Positions 1 to 12,590 of a stretch of DNA of 64,000 bases are shown piece after piece (the first letter of the stretch is position 1; each line of letters begins with the position of its first letter). The DNA comes from Paraphysomonas bandaiensis. Lineage: Eukaryota > Protista > Chrysophyceae. The stretch spans positions 62,001 to 126,000 of the forward strand of contig CBFFRP010000036.1 in the NCBI GenBank assembly GCA_965644295.1, written 5' to 3'. The notes under the pieces were generated by a model. That model had not been told where the DNA came from. It did not search any database and saw only the letters and a program-made list of their open reading frames with translations. Made by a program: the position numbers and the translations under genes.

Positions 1-398
1 GTACTTTAGATACACTGCTAAAGTATCTCAACTTCGATATTTAGGAATAGTTGAGGAGCTGTATGGTCTTCGAAGCATACAGACCTCGCTTCATATGAGG
101 AAAGAGTATTTAATTTTACGACCTGGAGTAAAGTAAAACTACCCTTCCAATATTCGAATATCTAGATTTAAGAGAATCGGTACACTAGACCACTTACTTC
201 CATCCCAGTGAAAATATTTTGTAAAAAGATTTATTTTAACTTACAGAATCAATACTACTACTATTACAACCCTGCGGTTTCATATGCTTCTTACTTAACA
301 TCCTCACACATAGATAAGTTCTGTCTAGAGCACGAAACTGCACTCACTACATCATGTACAGCTCAATACTTACACAACAAAGAGTAAAAATATAGCCA

Positions 399-743
399 TC
401 AGTACATCCGTAACTTTCCGCCAATGCATTTAAAAATGGGATGACTGCGAATCTTCTGATTCCTTCCAAACGCCGTGTTACACTTTGGGCATGAAACGTA
501 ATTGCTATCAGGTGTCAAGCTCTCAAGAATTCTGTAGGGGTCGTCTACAATCCTTTCATGATAGAGCTTAACTAAACCACTTTTCGTGCCATTCTTTTTC
601 TTATAATCAAATAAACGTTCTTGACAGCTAGTGCAACAAACTGTAACTCGCCGGTACTTAGTACACGATCGCAGTGATGATAGATTTGTAATCTGACATC
701 TGTATAGATTCACAATCCTACGATGGCAATATAATACTTGCAT
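399..743 (-). CDS. Small Zn-ribbon-like hypothetical protein (2x CxxC)
   Basis: 114-aa ORF with CTSC...LFDYKK..G...LVKLYHERI and CPKC..FG motifs; transcribed divergently from WASH1. Start codon uncertain. Confidence 0.6.
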   Translation of the reverse strand: MQVLYCHRRIVNLYRCQITNLSSLRSCTKYRRVTVCCTSCQERLFDYKKKNGTKSGLVKLYHERIVDDPYRILESLTPDSNYVSCPKCNTAFGRNQKIRSHPIFKCIGGKLRMY

Positions 744-987
744 CCCATTAGAGAACTGCTCTGGTTATATATAAATATATATGTACAGCACTGCTGCAAT
801 CACTCTAGAAGTATCTACACGGTTAAGACACCAAACGAAGTGTGTGAGGCTCTTGAAAGAAAAGGGGAAGTGATTTTGCAGGAAGATGACTCTATGATGA
901 AACACAGTCGATTTAATGCCCTCTATATGTTAATATGTGCATATTATGGTACCAACTGTGTTCATTATTGTGGCAGCTGGACACTGT

Positions 988-1029
988 ATACTGCTGTATA
1001 CTGTACTGCTGTATACTGTACTGCTGTAG
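988..1029. repeat. 15-bp tandem repeat (TACTGCTGTATACTG), about 2.7 copies
   Basis: Read directly in the intergenic region between the divergent genes. Confidence 0.8.
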
Positions 1030-1298
1030 TCTGAGTGGAGATATACACACAGCAGTAGTACATGATATACAGAGATTATGTATTCCGATGTATTCCTATG
1101 GCATTATGTGTATATGTATCATATGCAGCAGTACAAGATATACACATAATGTGTGCACAGACCAGACCAGCATACATACATACATATAGCTACATGTCAT
1201 TCATCTCCATACCACACTCATATCACACCTATACACATATCAATACATCTAACATCTTATATCTCGTGTATATATATTCACATACTTCAATTCACTTC

Positions 1299-3407
1299 AT
1301 GTCATTATTACTTCAACCACACGAAGTTCCCCTCGTATATTATGATCTCAATACCCCTCAAACACTTGATGATACTTTCCTGTACGTACATACCGTTAAT
1401 CATTAGAATAACCTTCTAATCTCACTCACTATATATACATACATTCATAGGGCACTACAGCATTTATCAGATACATTCGATAATGTATTTCATAAGATTG
1501 AAATGCGTCTTCTAGATGAACAGAATCGTGTGAAGGATATCAATCAACGTGTTCATCATTGTCATATGAAAATACAACAAGTCAAAGGATCAAATAAAGC
1601 CACAACCGTCTTCTCAACTGCAAAGTTTCCTGCATCGAAACAATTGCCAAAGATGCCTACATTATTCAGTATACAAGAAGATGTATGTACACTCTAGTCC
1701 ATTATATATACCCATAGATAACCCTCTGTATAGATACGCAGTCCATATCCAGAGCCACATGATGATGTCCACTACACACCACCTCATTCTATAGCATCTG
1801 CTGTAGGAAACAAAGAGTTAATAGACACTATACAGCATATGTATGGACAAATGAATTCATATGGAACTGATATGGTAAGATCTGAGTTTATTATGGAAGA
1901 TCAAGGGCTTGGATCAATCCCTTGTAAAGTCCCATCAACTGGATCAATCTTACTGTTTAATTCGAATATTAATCCGTATAAGAATTATCAAGCACTTGAT
2001 AATCTTGTTAGTACAGGAAGGTAAGTGGTTTGCAATGATATGAGGATATGATAGAGCTTATTGGATATATGATAAGGTCAAAGGAAGAAGAGGATGAGAA
2101 AGCTCATAGTCTTGCACAAGCACCTGCTACACTTGTTTTAGGCGACTCTCTTCCGGATATATCAGCCCTTGATCTGACATATAAGCCTCAGATGGGTGAA
2201 CTGAACGCTTTAGCTCTTCCATCGAACCTTCCTTTGGATTTCTTGGCTGATATACACTTCGACGGTGCAGCGCTTCCCTCTATAGCCCCTTCTGCTAATC
2301 GGGGAGCTGCTGCTGACTACTCATTACCTCAACTGACTGATGGTGGAAGTGCGACAACAGCGGCACAAGCAAGTGAGCAGTACGCAGCTGCTGCTCCTCC
2401 ACCACCTCCTGCTGCTAGTGAAGCACCACCTCCCCCACCCCCTCCACCCACGGCACCAACAACAACCGCTCCGCCACCACCGCCTCCTCCCCCTCAAAGG
2501 AGTGAACCTCCACCCCCTCCACAGGCCCCTGCTGCTGCTCCACCTCCTCCACCTCCGCCTAGTGGAGGCGATGAGAGTGCAGCTGCACCAGCAGACGCCC
2601 CGAGTAGCGGTCGTATGAGCCTCCTGGACTCCATCAAGGGCATGAGTGTCAGCAAGCTCAGATCAAAGGAGGAAGCACAGGTAGCCGCTGCTAAGGTCCA
2701 GAGACAGGAAGAGGCCAGCAAGCCTGTATCAATGATGGACGAGATGCGCCTCCGTATGCAGCGCCGAAACAGGTTAGCCTTATATATGTTTTCAACTCTT
2801 GTACTTGTGGTTACAACCCATTTCAGTGCTATCAGTGGCAAGAACGCTCGCCAGCAAGCCAAAAGCGACTCTCTTCTATTCAGACCTCCGCCCCCCATGG
2901 CTCCGATTTCAGAAGGGTGAGTATTTGATCGTACTATTTTCGTATTGACGTACTCTGTTCGTGGTGCCCTACAGGGATGGTAAGCGCCCTTCAGTAACGC
3001 GAGTATTTGATCAGGTGGTTATATTGTGTACCCGACTTGTTGTCGTAATATACACAGCAGGCAGATAGTGACAGCGACAGATTGTCAGACGTGTCTAGCG
3101 AGAGTGAGGTGAGCTTTGACTCCTACAGTAAGAAGTCATCTATTCCCCCGCCTGTGATTCCTAGAACTTCCCAACCAGCCCAAGATGAGGTCATTTTCTA
3201 CTGCTGTTTCGCCACTATTTTTAGTACTCACTGCTTCTGTTTTAGCAAACCAAACAGCCTTCCCCCCCGCCTGTACCTGCTGGCGCACCGCAAAGACGAG
3301 GGTCGCTGTTGGATGCCTCAAATCCTAAAGTAGCATCACTTTTGACGACGGCTCAAAGTAAAGGTGCGGATTCTGATACAGACAGCGGTGATGATGACTG
3401 GGATTAG
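1299..3407 (+). CDS. WASH1: WASH complex subunit 1 (actin nucleation-promoting factor), multi-exon
   Basis: ATG at 1299 (MSLLLQPHEVPLVY); WAHD-like motifs (KIQQVKGSNKATTVFSTAKFPA; EDQGLGSIP...SILLFNSNINPYKNYQALDNL; YKPQMGE...LPSNLP); polyproline tract; WH2 (GRMSLLDSIKG..VSKLR); central helix (MMDEMRLRMQRR); acidic terminus DDDWD* (stop 3405-3407). Several short GT-AG introns. Confidence 0.92.
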
Positions 3408-3839
3408 CTCTCACGCAAAGTTCATGTGAACTAAGACTTGGTAGTCATTGCGGTTAAGTCTGTATGTTATAAGGTGTACCGAGTCGTTCATCAGGACATT
3501 CTGATGATGATGCGGGACATGTGTAACTATGCGTAAAGTAACTAGAACTGTAGTAGAGGAATGAAATTTAATTGCATACTCTTTGAGGTACCATAGAATA
3601 ATCAATAGACTTATCGCAACATTTTTTTTGTGTATGTCTTTGGTTGTTTGAAATGCAACAAATTAATTGACTAATAGTATTATTATTTCTATTAGATGAA
3701 ATAGAATTATTGAAGTACAAATAAGTGCCTAGCCTGTTGAGTTTCGATGTTTGAGCAATTAAAAGCTGCAATTCTAAGGTATTAGAATATTGACCGTTAG
3801 TCGAAGAATACTGTAGTGGTTAACAACACGATCTCCGCC

Positions 3840-4955
3840 ATCAATGGACTTCAGAGAATTATACTGCCCTCCGTGACCAACTCTACGGTCACACTCTGGA
3901 TCGTGCACCTGCATACTGGGAAGACAGCGAACAGCGGTGCCTTACTTCCGCACAAACTTGCCCTGGCAGGTTGAAGTAGACCCAAGGTCACAACTATGAC
4001 AATGCATACTCGATACAGCCCTAACATGGGACAAATCCTACAGCAATGGTAGGGATAGGGCTAAAACAAAATTTGGACTTGACCTGCTGAACAAAGCCAG
4101 ATGCTCTGACTGTGGCTTTTGACTTGATTGCCCACACTCGCCTCCATCTCTCAGATACAAGAATCCGCCTTTGAGAGACACAAAGAGTGTCTTCGGAAAC
4201 TCCTAATTGACCCAACCCTACCACCTTGGAGTACCGCCATTCTCAAGAAACTCTCCAGCAGATTCTGGACTACCTCACTTCCGCAGGTTGAACGATTCTG
4301 GACAGGAACTATCACCGAGGCTCAAACGGAGCGTTTTGAAACACAATACAATTGCACCCTCAATTTGTGTGGACTACGTGCCCTCGATAGAGCAGTTGTT
4401 ACCTTCCTTAAACCGCTCTACGCTGCAGCCATACAAATGCTCCAAGATCATATTGGGCGTCATCGACTCCCTCCTAGACCGCGTCAGCGACGAGGCAACA
4501 CATTAATCATATACGAAGCGGAGCGTGGTGGAGTCCGCAGTTATCCCCCAGATCGCGTCTAACATGCGGCAACACACGATTTAAATGGAGCAACACCCAG
4601 CGGAAGCCGCGGGTTCTACGCTTACCACGTGTAAAGAGGAGACCTAGCGTTGCCTTCCTCTTCCACCACCCCCGCCTCAGCGGAGACGCCACGATGCCAA
4701 CTCCGTAAGCTACTCCTCTGTCCCACGCCCAACTCGCGACTGAAATCATTCAAAGACACGCTGGAGCCCCAATATACCCCCTCGCCCATTTATCTCAGGT
4801 GCAGAACACTTGACTCACTGATACAGAATCCTCCTCCACAAAGTCCTGAGAAACCCTACCCCAAGGGGCTTCCCCCTGACTAACCTCAAGGACTAACGTC
4901 CATAGAGAGCTTTTCCCTCACCTTGGTGCTTGCGGCGACGTACAAGCAGCTTATA
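3840..4955 (+). pseudogene. Degenerate 3' fragment of a non-LTR (LINE-like) retrotransposon
   Basis: Broken frames give LTWDKSYSNGRDRAK...CSDCG...CPH (remnant CCHC knuckle) and FWTGT; the frame ends GLPPD* at 4883 and is followed by a 3'-UTR motif shared with three other dispersed copies. No RT domain is visible. Confidence 0.5.
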
Positions 4956-5107
4956 TTGATGAAGGAGAAGAGATATTGATTATAACTTTATCTTGAATTC
5001 ACGTCCAGTTAACTTAGTAAATCATCCAATTGCGTCATAACTTGACATATATAGCCAACGACAGCATAACGCAATTTACTTTCTTGAGGATTAGATGTTG
5101 TAGAAAA

Positions 5108-5265
5108 TTAGTGAATGTCTGATTATTAGCAATAGGCATGTAAGAGTCAGAACTAATGTAGGAAAACATTTAACTAACTAGTGCTTAACGCTTATCACTG
5201 ATATCCTACTATTTAGCGCTACAAATACTACTTGTGCGTCACCGCAAGCACCAAGGTGCAACCAC
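5108..5265 (-). repeat. Dispersed repeat copy (putative LINE 3' UTR/tail)
   Basis: Reverse complement aligns with 48350-48500 and 47679-47745 (GTGGTTGCACCTTGGTGCTTGCGGTGACGCACAAG...GTAGCG..AATAGTAGGATA; continues to CTACATTAGTTCTGACTC in the 48350 copy). Confidence 0.85.
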
Positions 5266-5572
5266 ATTAGCTCTATATTGCAATATATCATCAAAATATT
5301 TCATTGTAATTATTAAAATGTACTACCTTCTGCCTTTTGCGACATCTTGTTTTCTATTTTCTATCCATGCCTTTTATATAGTAGTTGGTATTATATGATA
5401 GTATTTGAAATCGGCTTTGTCGTCTTGGTGACTTACTGTCATTTTATTATTTATATTCCACGATCAGAAACAATATTAAATTATAAAATTATACATTATA
5501 TATCGTGGTGTATACGTATAGACTGCTGGCAGTATATATATACTGTTGATGAACACTGATTCTTACTGTTAA

Positions 5573-5918
5573 TGTTAACAATGGACATTTCACTGAAGTT
5601 AACTTTGCTCTACGCGTAAACCGTAACCTTGCTGTTGAACACAATGCACTTTCAAGTAAGAAATTATAATTATTATTCTGAACACTTCACTACATATTCG
5701 TGTAACATATGTTGAAACATCTGTTCCCAGCAACACCTGTTTATCATATGTTCATCAGTCAGTTCTATATCTTGTATAGTCACACATCAGTAACTGAATT
5801 TAATTCCTTTGTAACTATAATCACCCGTTACACCTATGAGTTGACTTTATACCTATTGCACACTGTTAACTCACTTCAATTGCACAATATATATCACATC
5901 ATATTGCAGAACTCAACA
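5573..5918 (-). repeat. 3' LTR of copia A (346 bp)
   Basis: Direct repeat of 10199-10542; I see one substitution and one 2-bp indel. Confidence 0.95.
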
Positions 5919-6084
5919 CTCCCACTCAATTGGATGTAGTTAACCATTCTAAAATTTGTGAAGAACATTGCTATCGGATACGCAACCACCGAACCTCATA
6001 GGACACTGGTGGACGTATGACTCCGCTAGTATATAGCTAGCTCCCACCATTCATTCACACCTAACTAGTTACGACGAGCTCTCT

Positions 6085-7560
6085 TTACCTTGGGTATCTC
6101 TGCGATAATTTGTTCAGTAGTCTTAAATTTTCCCCAAGATTTCGCTCCCTCTGTTCAATGAATATTGGACCACACAAATCCTTGGTATAAATATCAGCAA
6201 TCTGTTGTCGACTGCTCACATGAATTAATTTCACTGTATTAAACTGTTCGGGATCTACATGCTCTCTAATCATATGATACTTAATCTCAATATGTTGTTT
6301 CGATCGTTGATGTTGCACTGGATTTTCGGATATATCCTGAGCACTTTGTTGACTATCCAGGAATAATGGTGTGGGCTCGTCAATTTTCAACCCTACTTCT
6401 CTAGTCACCCCCCGAGACCATATCATTTCCTGTAATCCGTTATATAAGCATTGATACTCTGCTTTCATAGTCGATGTAGCTACAGTAGACTGAAGTTTAG
6501 AACCCCACGATAGTGGTCCACCAGCTCCAAACATATTATATCCTGAAGTCGACCTCCTCGTCAACGGATTGCCTGCCCAGTCAGCATCAGTGAACATATA
6601 AAGATCAAAATCTCTCCCTCTATAATGAATACCTTTATCTGTAGTACCTCGTACATACTGCATTAAATACATCATGAGCTTACATACAGTGATATTAACT
6701 TTCGTAGAGAATCGTGACAATACTCCCACTGTATATGAGATATCCGGCCTTGTATTCATAGATAAATAAAGTAACGCTCCTATTAGTGGACGATGGGGAA
6801 AATTGTCAACTAATTCCTGCTCTTCAGTCGAATGCACATGTTCCACTCCCACTTTGATCCTATCCATGACATCACTATGTAGTGGGTATCGCCGAGTCTT
6901 GTCCCTTGGACCCAGAAAATCCACATACTTCGCCAATATCTTTTTGATGTACACTGTCTGGTCAAGTTTGAGACAATTCTGAGTTCTCGTCACTCTCACG
7001 TTCTAAAACTGGCCAATCTCATTCATATCTGTAATATCGAACCTTTCACATACTCGTCGCTTAATTTCCAAAATAATACTCGTATCTCGACATGCTATCA
7101 GCATATCATCTACATATATTACTAACAGAACTAATTCACCCCTGATCCGTGTAAAATATAAACATGGGTCAAGTATACATGATATAAAATGCAAGGACTT
7201 AATAAACTTGTTAAGACATTTATACCATGACCGTGGTGAGCTTCGAAGACCATATAAACTTTTCTTCAGTTTAAAGCAATATCCTGGTGGCAATTTGAAA
7301 TCTGGTGTTGCATACTTATACACACATCTCCTTTTATATCTGCATATACAAGAATGCATTAGATACGTCGAGTTGATGCACCACCATATTCATAACAAAC
7401 GCGATAGCTAATAGCAATCTTACTGTTACCGCTTTTACCACTGGAGTATAATTGTTGGCTCTACCAACCTCATGGCCTCCGCATCCAAGTACCACAAGTC
7501 TTGCTTTCTATCGTGGAATCGCACCCTCCTTGTTGCGTTTCAAAGCAAAGACATACTCAG
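6085..7560 (-). pseudogene. RT-RNase H remnant of copia A
   Basis: ORFs 6085-6999 and 7003-7359 are clearly homologous to pol of element C, with stops and frameshifts. Confidence 0.92.
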
Positions 7561-9800
7561 GATTCAAATTGCAGTGACACTGGGGTAGGGATGATGGGCT
7601 TAACTTCCATTACTTCCCTTCGTTCCAGTCTGTCACGCTCAGCCTGTCTTGCTGTCAATGGAGTGACTCTGGGGTAGGTATGGGCTTAACTTCCATTACT
7701 TCCCTTCGTTCCAGTTCGTCACATTCAGCCTGGCTGAACTCCATTGCTTCCGTTCCGGCAACTCCAAGGATTCGGAATATGTCTGAGGCACCTTAGGTCC
7801 CGCTGACGAGCACCAGATGGAATCTGCCTCCTCTAGTAGGCTGCACTCCACTTCGTCACACGAAGGTAATACGTGCTTCTCCCCTACTACTGACACATTC
7901 GTCACCACCCTTGGAGCCCTTGTGCGCCTGCCCCTAGTTGAGCGATCTGATGGAGCTTCCTCTCCCGGAGCACTTACGAAGTCAGAAGGGGATGGAACCG
8001 TCCCAGTCAACTGCTGTAATAAATGTCCGCTGGTCCCGTCGTCACGAGATCCAGAACTAGCAGATACTCTTGTCACAAGGTCTTCACTCATCCGCGATGA
8101 TGTGAATAGGAGTCTTAACTTCCAGTTGCTCCTCACCACCTGACATCAGGGATCTATATCCCACAGTTAGACCTCTTTCCGAATCTATATTCGCGTGGTC
8201 TTGTTGTACAGTTGGCCGCCATCTTCACATGGGTTTTGTCGATAACACTCCTCCCTGAGGAACCACTGCCACCGTGGCTTAGTCCATTTCTCGGTAGTAA
8301 TCAGCCGATCTCTAGGGCACTGATACATCAAACAGGACATGAACAGACGTGACTATTGTATCTCCTACTATCAACACTTGATACCCCATCTGCTCGTTGG
8401 GAAACCCACAAAATATCCTGTTTGTGCCTTTTCTTTCCGTCTATCGGCCTTCGGGACTAATACATACACCTTGCACCCCCATTTCCTCTCAACCAGGATA
8501 ACTCGGGCACCTTTCCTCCCAGGAACACACTCATAAGGTAACGTCCACTAACTTTACTGTCCTCCTTGGCATTTTCCTCCATTACATGATGGCATGATGA
8601 CGTAATAATAGGCAAATTCAAAACGTCATAATATTACATAGTGCCTCCCATGGCATCCTCCATGCTCATCATAGTCTCCAGCCAGCACCTCTCTACCAGT
8701 GTTTAACTCTACAATTCTCGGTACTCTAAGTAGTTCCAATCCACACACCAGTGCCCGCAGCATTCCGCGAGACAATATTCTTCACCTCATCTTCACATAC
8801 TTTGATGCCTTCTCTTTTGCCAGTGTTGAAAGCTTCCTACTCCTTGAGTCTCCATTGCTGACCCCTTCTTCGTCAGAGATATGACTCCTGGCTCTGCTTC
8901 ATATTTCTCTAGCACTCTATGATCTTTAACAACAATGAATAGCTGCTTTCCGGCACAACTGTCTAGATACACTCGTTGGTCTACTGCTTCAGTCATAAGC
9001 ACTTCACCATCTATCATATTGGACTCCCCTCCAGATGAGACATCATCATCTACATATTAGCATCATTCCGCCGATGAACTCTGTCTCTGTCTCTGTTCAT
9101 GTGTATGTTCAGCACTCTCTGCTCGTTAACTATGAACAGCTGCACTGCTCTGCTCAGTAGAAGGCAGTTTTAGTAGAAAATACATTTCAGCCTATCAATC
9201 TCTATTTCGACCATATCATTGGCCAATATTTACAAGCTGGTATTTCGCTGTAGTCTTGTCGAGTACTACTCCCAACTCACTCCTAAGCCTATCCACCAGC
9301 GTTAGAAGCATATGATTGGACAAAACTTCCTTATTGGGATCATCGTCTGGTAGTCGCCTCCATGTATCGGTTGGCACCCTCCAACACATCTGCGTCATGT
9401 TCACATGCCTCCCAAATCGGTACAACACACGTGTCGTTTCACTTGTCAAACTTCAGCACCTTGCTGTCCTCCTTTGCCTCATCAGAGCTACCACTCGCTA
9501 TCACAATGAAAACACCCTGTATATGCTTCTGAACCCACTTGTTGCGCTCCTTTCCTCATATTCTTTGCTTTAGCCTTCCCATTTCGCTTGAACTTCTGGA
9601 AAATTTTATTTTTGTGTTTGACACGACACATACTTGCAGTATGCCCTTTTTTCATACAGAATGAGCATTTGACATTCTCCACACCTCCTTGTGGTCCGAG
9701 CATATTGACCTGTTCTCCTTGTTTGTCAATTTCGAACTCCTCAAGTTGTCGTTTAGCCTCATCAAATTCTTCGCACGCGTCTTTAACTATCTGATACGTG

Positions 9801-10147
9801 GTCGTTGCTTTAGGCAGCATTGCAATAGCTAACCACAACTCCTTCAGCTCTGGAGTATGTATGGACTTTTTTGATCTTGGCGAGCTTGCTCTCCTCGGTT
9901 GGCGGTTGTCCCAACTTAGTCAATTTCTGTATTATCCCATTCAACCTATCAATACCAATAGCGACCTTTTCATTGGCTCTAATTTTAAAGCTATGGTATT
10001 GATAGGTTGAATGGGATAATACAGAAATTGACTAAGTTGGGACAGCCGCCAACCGAGGAGAGCAAGCACACCAAGATCAAAGTCCATACATACTCCAGAG
10101 CTGAAGGAGTTGTGGTTAGCTATTGCAATGCTGCCTAAAGCAACGAC
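9801..10147. repeat. ~160-bp inverted repeat (foldback) in gag of copia A
   Basis: 9801-9962 is the near-exact reverse complement of 9990-10147; 27-nt spacer. Confidence 0.92.
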
Positions 10148-10198
10148 TTGTTAAACTTCAGCACCTTGCTGTCCTCCTTCGCCTCATCAGAACTACCA

Positions 10199-10542
10199 TG
10201 TTAACAATGGACATTTCACTGATGTTAACTTTGCTCTACGCGTAAACCGTAACCTTGCTGTTGAACACAATGCACTTTCAAGTAAGAAATTATAATTATT
10301 ATTCTGAACACTTCACTACATATTCGTGTAACATATGTTGAAACATCTGTTCCCAGCAACACCTGTTTATCATATGTTCATCAGTCAGTTCTATATCTTG
10401 TATAGTCACACATCAGTAACTGAATTTAATTCCTTTGTAACTATAATCACCCGTTACACCTATGAGTTGACTTTACCTATTGCACACTGTTAACTCACTT
10501 CAATTGCACAATATATATCACATCATATTGCAGAACTCAACA
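10199..10542 (-). repeat. 5' LTR of copia A (344 bp)
   Basis: Direct repeat of 5573-5918, followed on the minus strand by the PBS TGGTAG. Confidence 0.95.
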
Positions 10543-11046
10543 GTTAACATAAAATTAGCAAAAGTAGTGTATAAGACCAAGTTCTGCGCAACCTAATAAC
10601 TTAGTTGTTCCAATAAGAAAATATGAGTCGCGCTTAAACTCTGGAAAACATGTAATACATATCATAAGTGTGGTATTGATGCCTCTCGTATAATGAAATA
10701 ATACAGTTTAAAGTCAGGTCGGGTTAAGTGTTGAAGAAGGATATTGTTATCGCATATACAATACGCATGTACTAATGCTGCGACTATTTCCAAAATACAT
10801 CGTGAGATCAACAAGGCAAGTAATGACAAAGATGGTCACATTAGCCCAGTTAGGCTAGCGTCGTTTATGTGCATCAAAATATACGTTAAAATATCATAAA
10901 CCAAGCTGTGTGGTCAAAATCTTCACGGTAACCACACCCAAGAAAAATATATACGCATACGAGGAACGGTGATGAGATTTGAACTTATATTCCCTCGTTC
11001 TTCTTACTAACTACTTTGGTGCGATTTCCACCAATGTGTGGGGGGG

Positions 11047-11861
11047 TTATATAGAGAGATCCCAGAATCCATCGGGTGTCAACGGTGGTGTATGCCTGAT
11101 GCCAGAAAAAATATTTAAATTACCAGAAAACGAAACTTCAGCATAATTATTCACCTGCTTTTATGCCTGGAGCATCTTTGTAGTATATCCTTTAGTTTCT
11201 GTTCTTTATCATTTTGCGATATTAGTCCTTGTCGGAGCATCTCATTGTAGAAAGCACTACATTCTGTACAGTCGTGGCCAGGAATTCCCTCTCGAACATT
11301 ACGACTTCGAGTATTTATATCCTGGCATGATATTGCAGTGCGTTCTTGAGGCCCATTGTAGGGAGTAGATCGCGTCGCACCTTCTCGCTGAACAGCAGTC
11401 CCACGACCGTCTGATACTCTACGATATACTCCTGTGTCATTATACTTCCGCTTTTTTGTGCTCTGATCACTACATTTCACTTCACACTGTTCATCACTCT
11501 TGCCTTCTTGAGGCACGTGCGATGCATCAATAGGTCCTTTACTACTATCATTACCTCTTCGTTCACTGACCATCTTTTTAAGAGCATCAAACTCCTTTTT
11601 AATGAAATCCTGCGTCTTCACATCCTTTGCATGACGATCCTGTAATCTATACATTTCCCAGACCAAATGTCCCCTTTCGTCTGCATAATATAAAATCATA
11701 AGTATCCCAATCATATAAAACTATAACATATAGATTTCATTAAAGCATAGCAATCACTACAACATCACATCACATATATCTTATATCCACATAAGCTGTA
11801 CCAGTCGTAATGCCATATTTAAGATTGTCAGTGTATATACAGCAATAAAAAATGTATACAA

Positions 11862-11892
<31 letters not shown>

Positions 11893-12209
11893 CGTGTATG
11901 GTGATATGATGCATACAAAGTGACATGACATGCTGTATACATAGTGCTATATGTATGAGTATAGTGATACGTGATACGTACATATAGTGAGACGATGTGC
12001 ATGATATTCGTCTAGTGATACGGTATATCAGATAGGAGTGTAGTGATATCGGTGTGTGTATAGAGAGGGGTGTGAGATGTGTGTATACAGGTGGATACAG
12101 AGGGGTGTGAGATGTATGGTTACATACCTTCCCAGAGCATCTGCAGACGGTCTTCTCTTACTCGGCTTAGCTCATATGTTATCTTCGCGATATCTCCAAC
12201 AGTCATCAT
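11047..12209 (-). CDS. SAE2: CtIP/Sae2/COM1-family DNA end-resection factor (3 exons)
   Basis: Exon 1 MMTVGD...MLWE splices in frame to DERGHL...; C-terminal signature GHDCTECSAFY...CSRHKSR, then an intron, then HTPPLTPDGFWDLSI* (CxxC, RHR-like, TP..FW). Confidence 0.85.
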
Positions 12210-12283
12210 TGTCACTGGAAGATAATTGAGTGTATATATCTGATGAGGTTCTTTACATGAGTGTTACATGATTATACATATGC

Positions 12284-12500
12284 ACATACATACATACATA
12301 CATACATACATACATACATACATACATACATACATACATACATACATACATACATACATACATACATACATACATACATACATACATACATACATACATA
12401 CATACATACATACATACATACATACATACATACATACATACATACATACATACATACATACATACATACATACATACATACATACATACATACATACATA
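12284..12500 (+). repeat. (ACAT)n microsatellite, about 54 units
   Basis: Read directly. Confidence 0.98.
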
Positions 12501-12590
12501 GACATAAACTAACTGTCCCCAACAACAATATTCAAACAATTGAAAAGAAGCAGCCAAGTGATAGCCTACAGCGGTATACCTACACGTGAC

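Larger units (their letters stand above)
5573..10542 (-). mobile_element. Ty1/copia LTR retrotransposon A, internally degenerate and rearranged
   Basis: LTRs 5573-5918 and 10199-10542 (TG...CA); TSD GTTAA at 5568-5572 and 10543-10547; PBS TGGTAG and PPT ATTGAGTGGGAG on the minus strand; fragmented gag, protease (YLDSCA), integrase, RT (LKKSLYGLR, YVDD) and RNase H (FTDADWAG). Confidence 0.95.

Noticed and set aside
5544-10811. Possible older element (TGTTGAT...ATCAACA) hosting copia A
   Set aside because: The flanks (TATAC vs AGGCA) give no TSD, and there is no second copy in the window.
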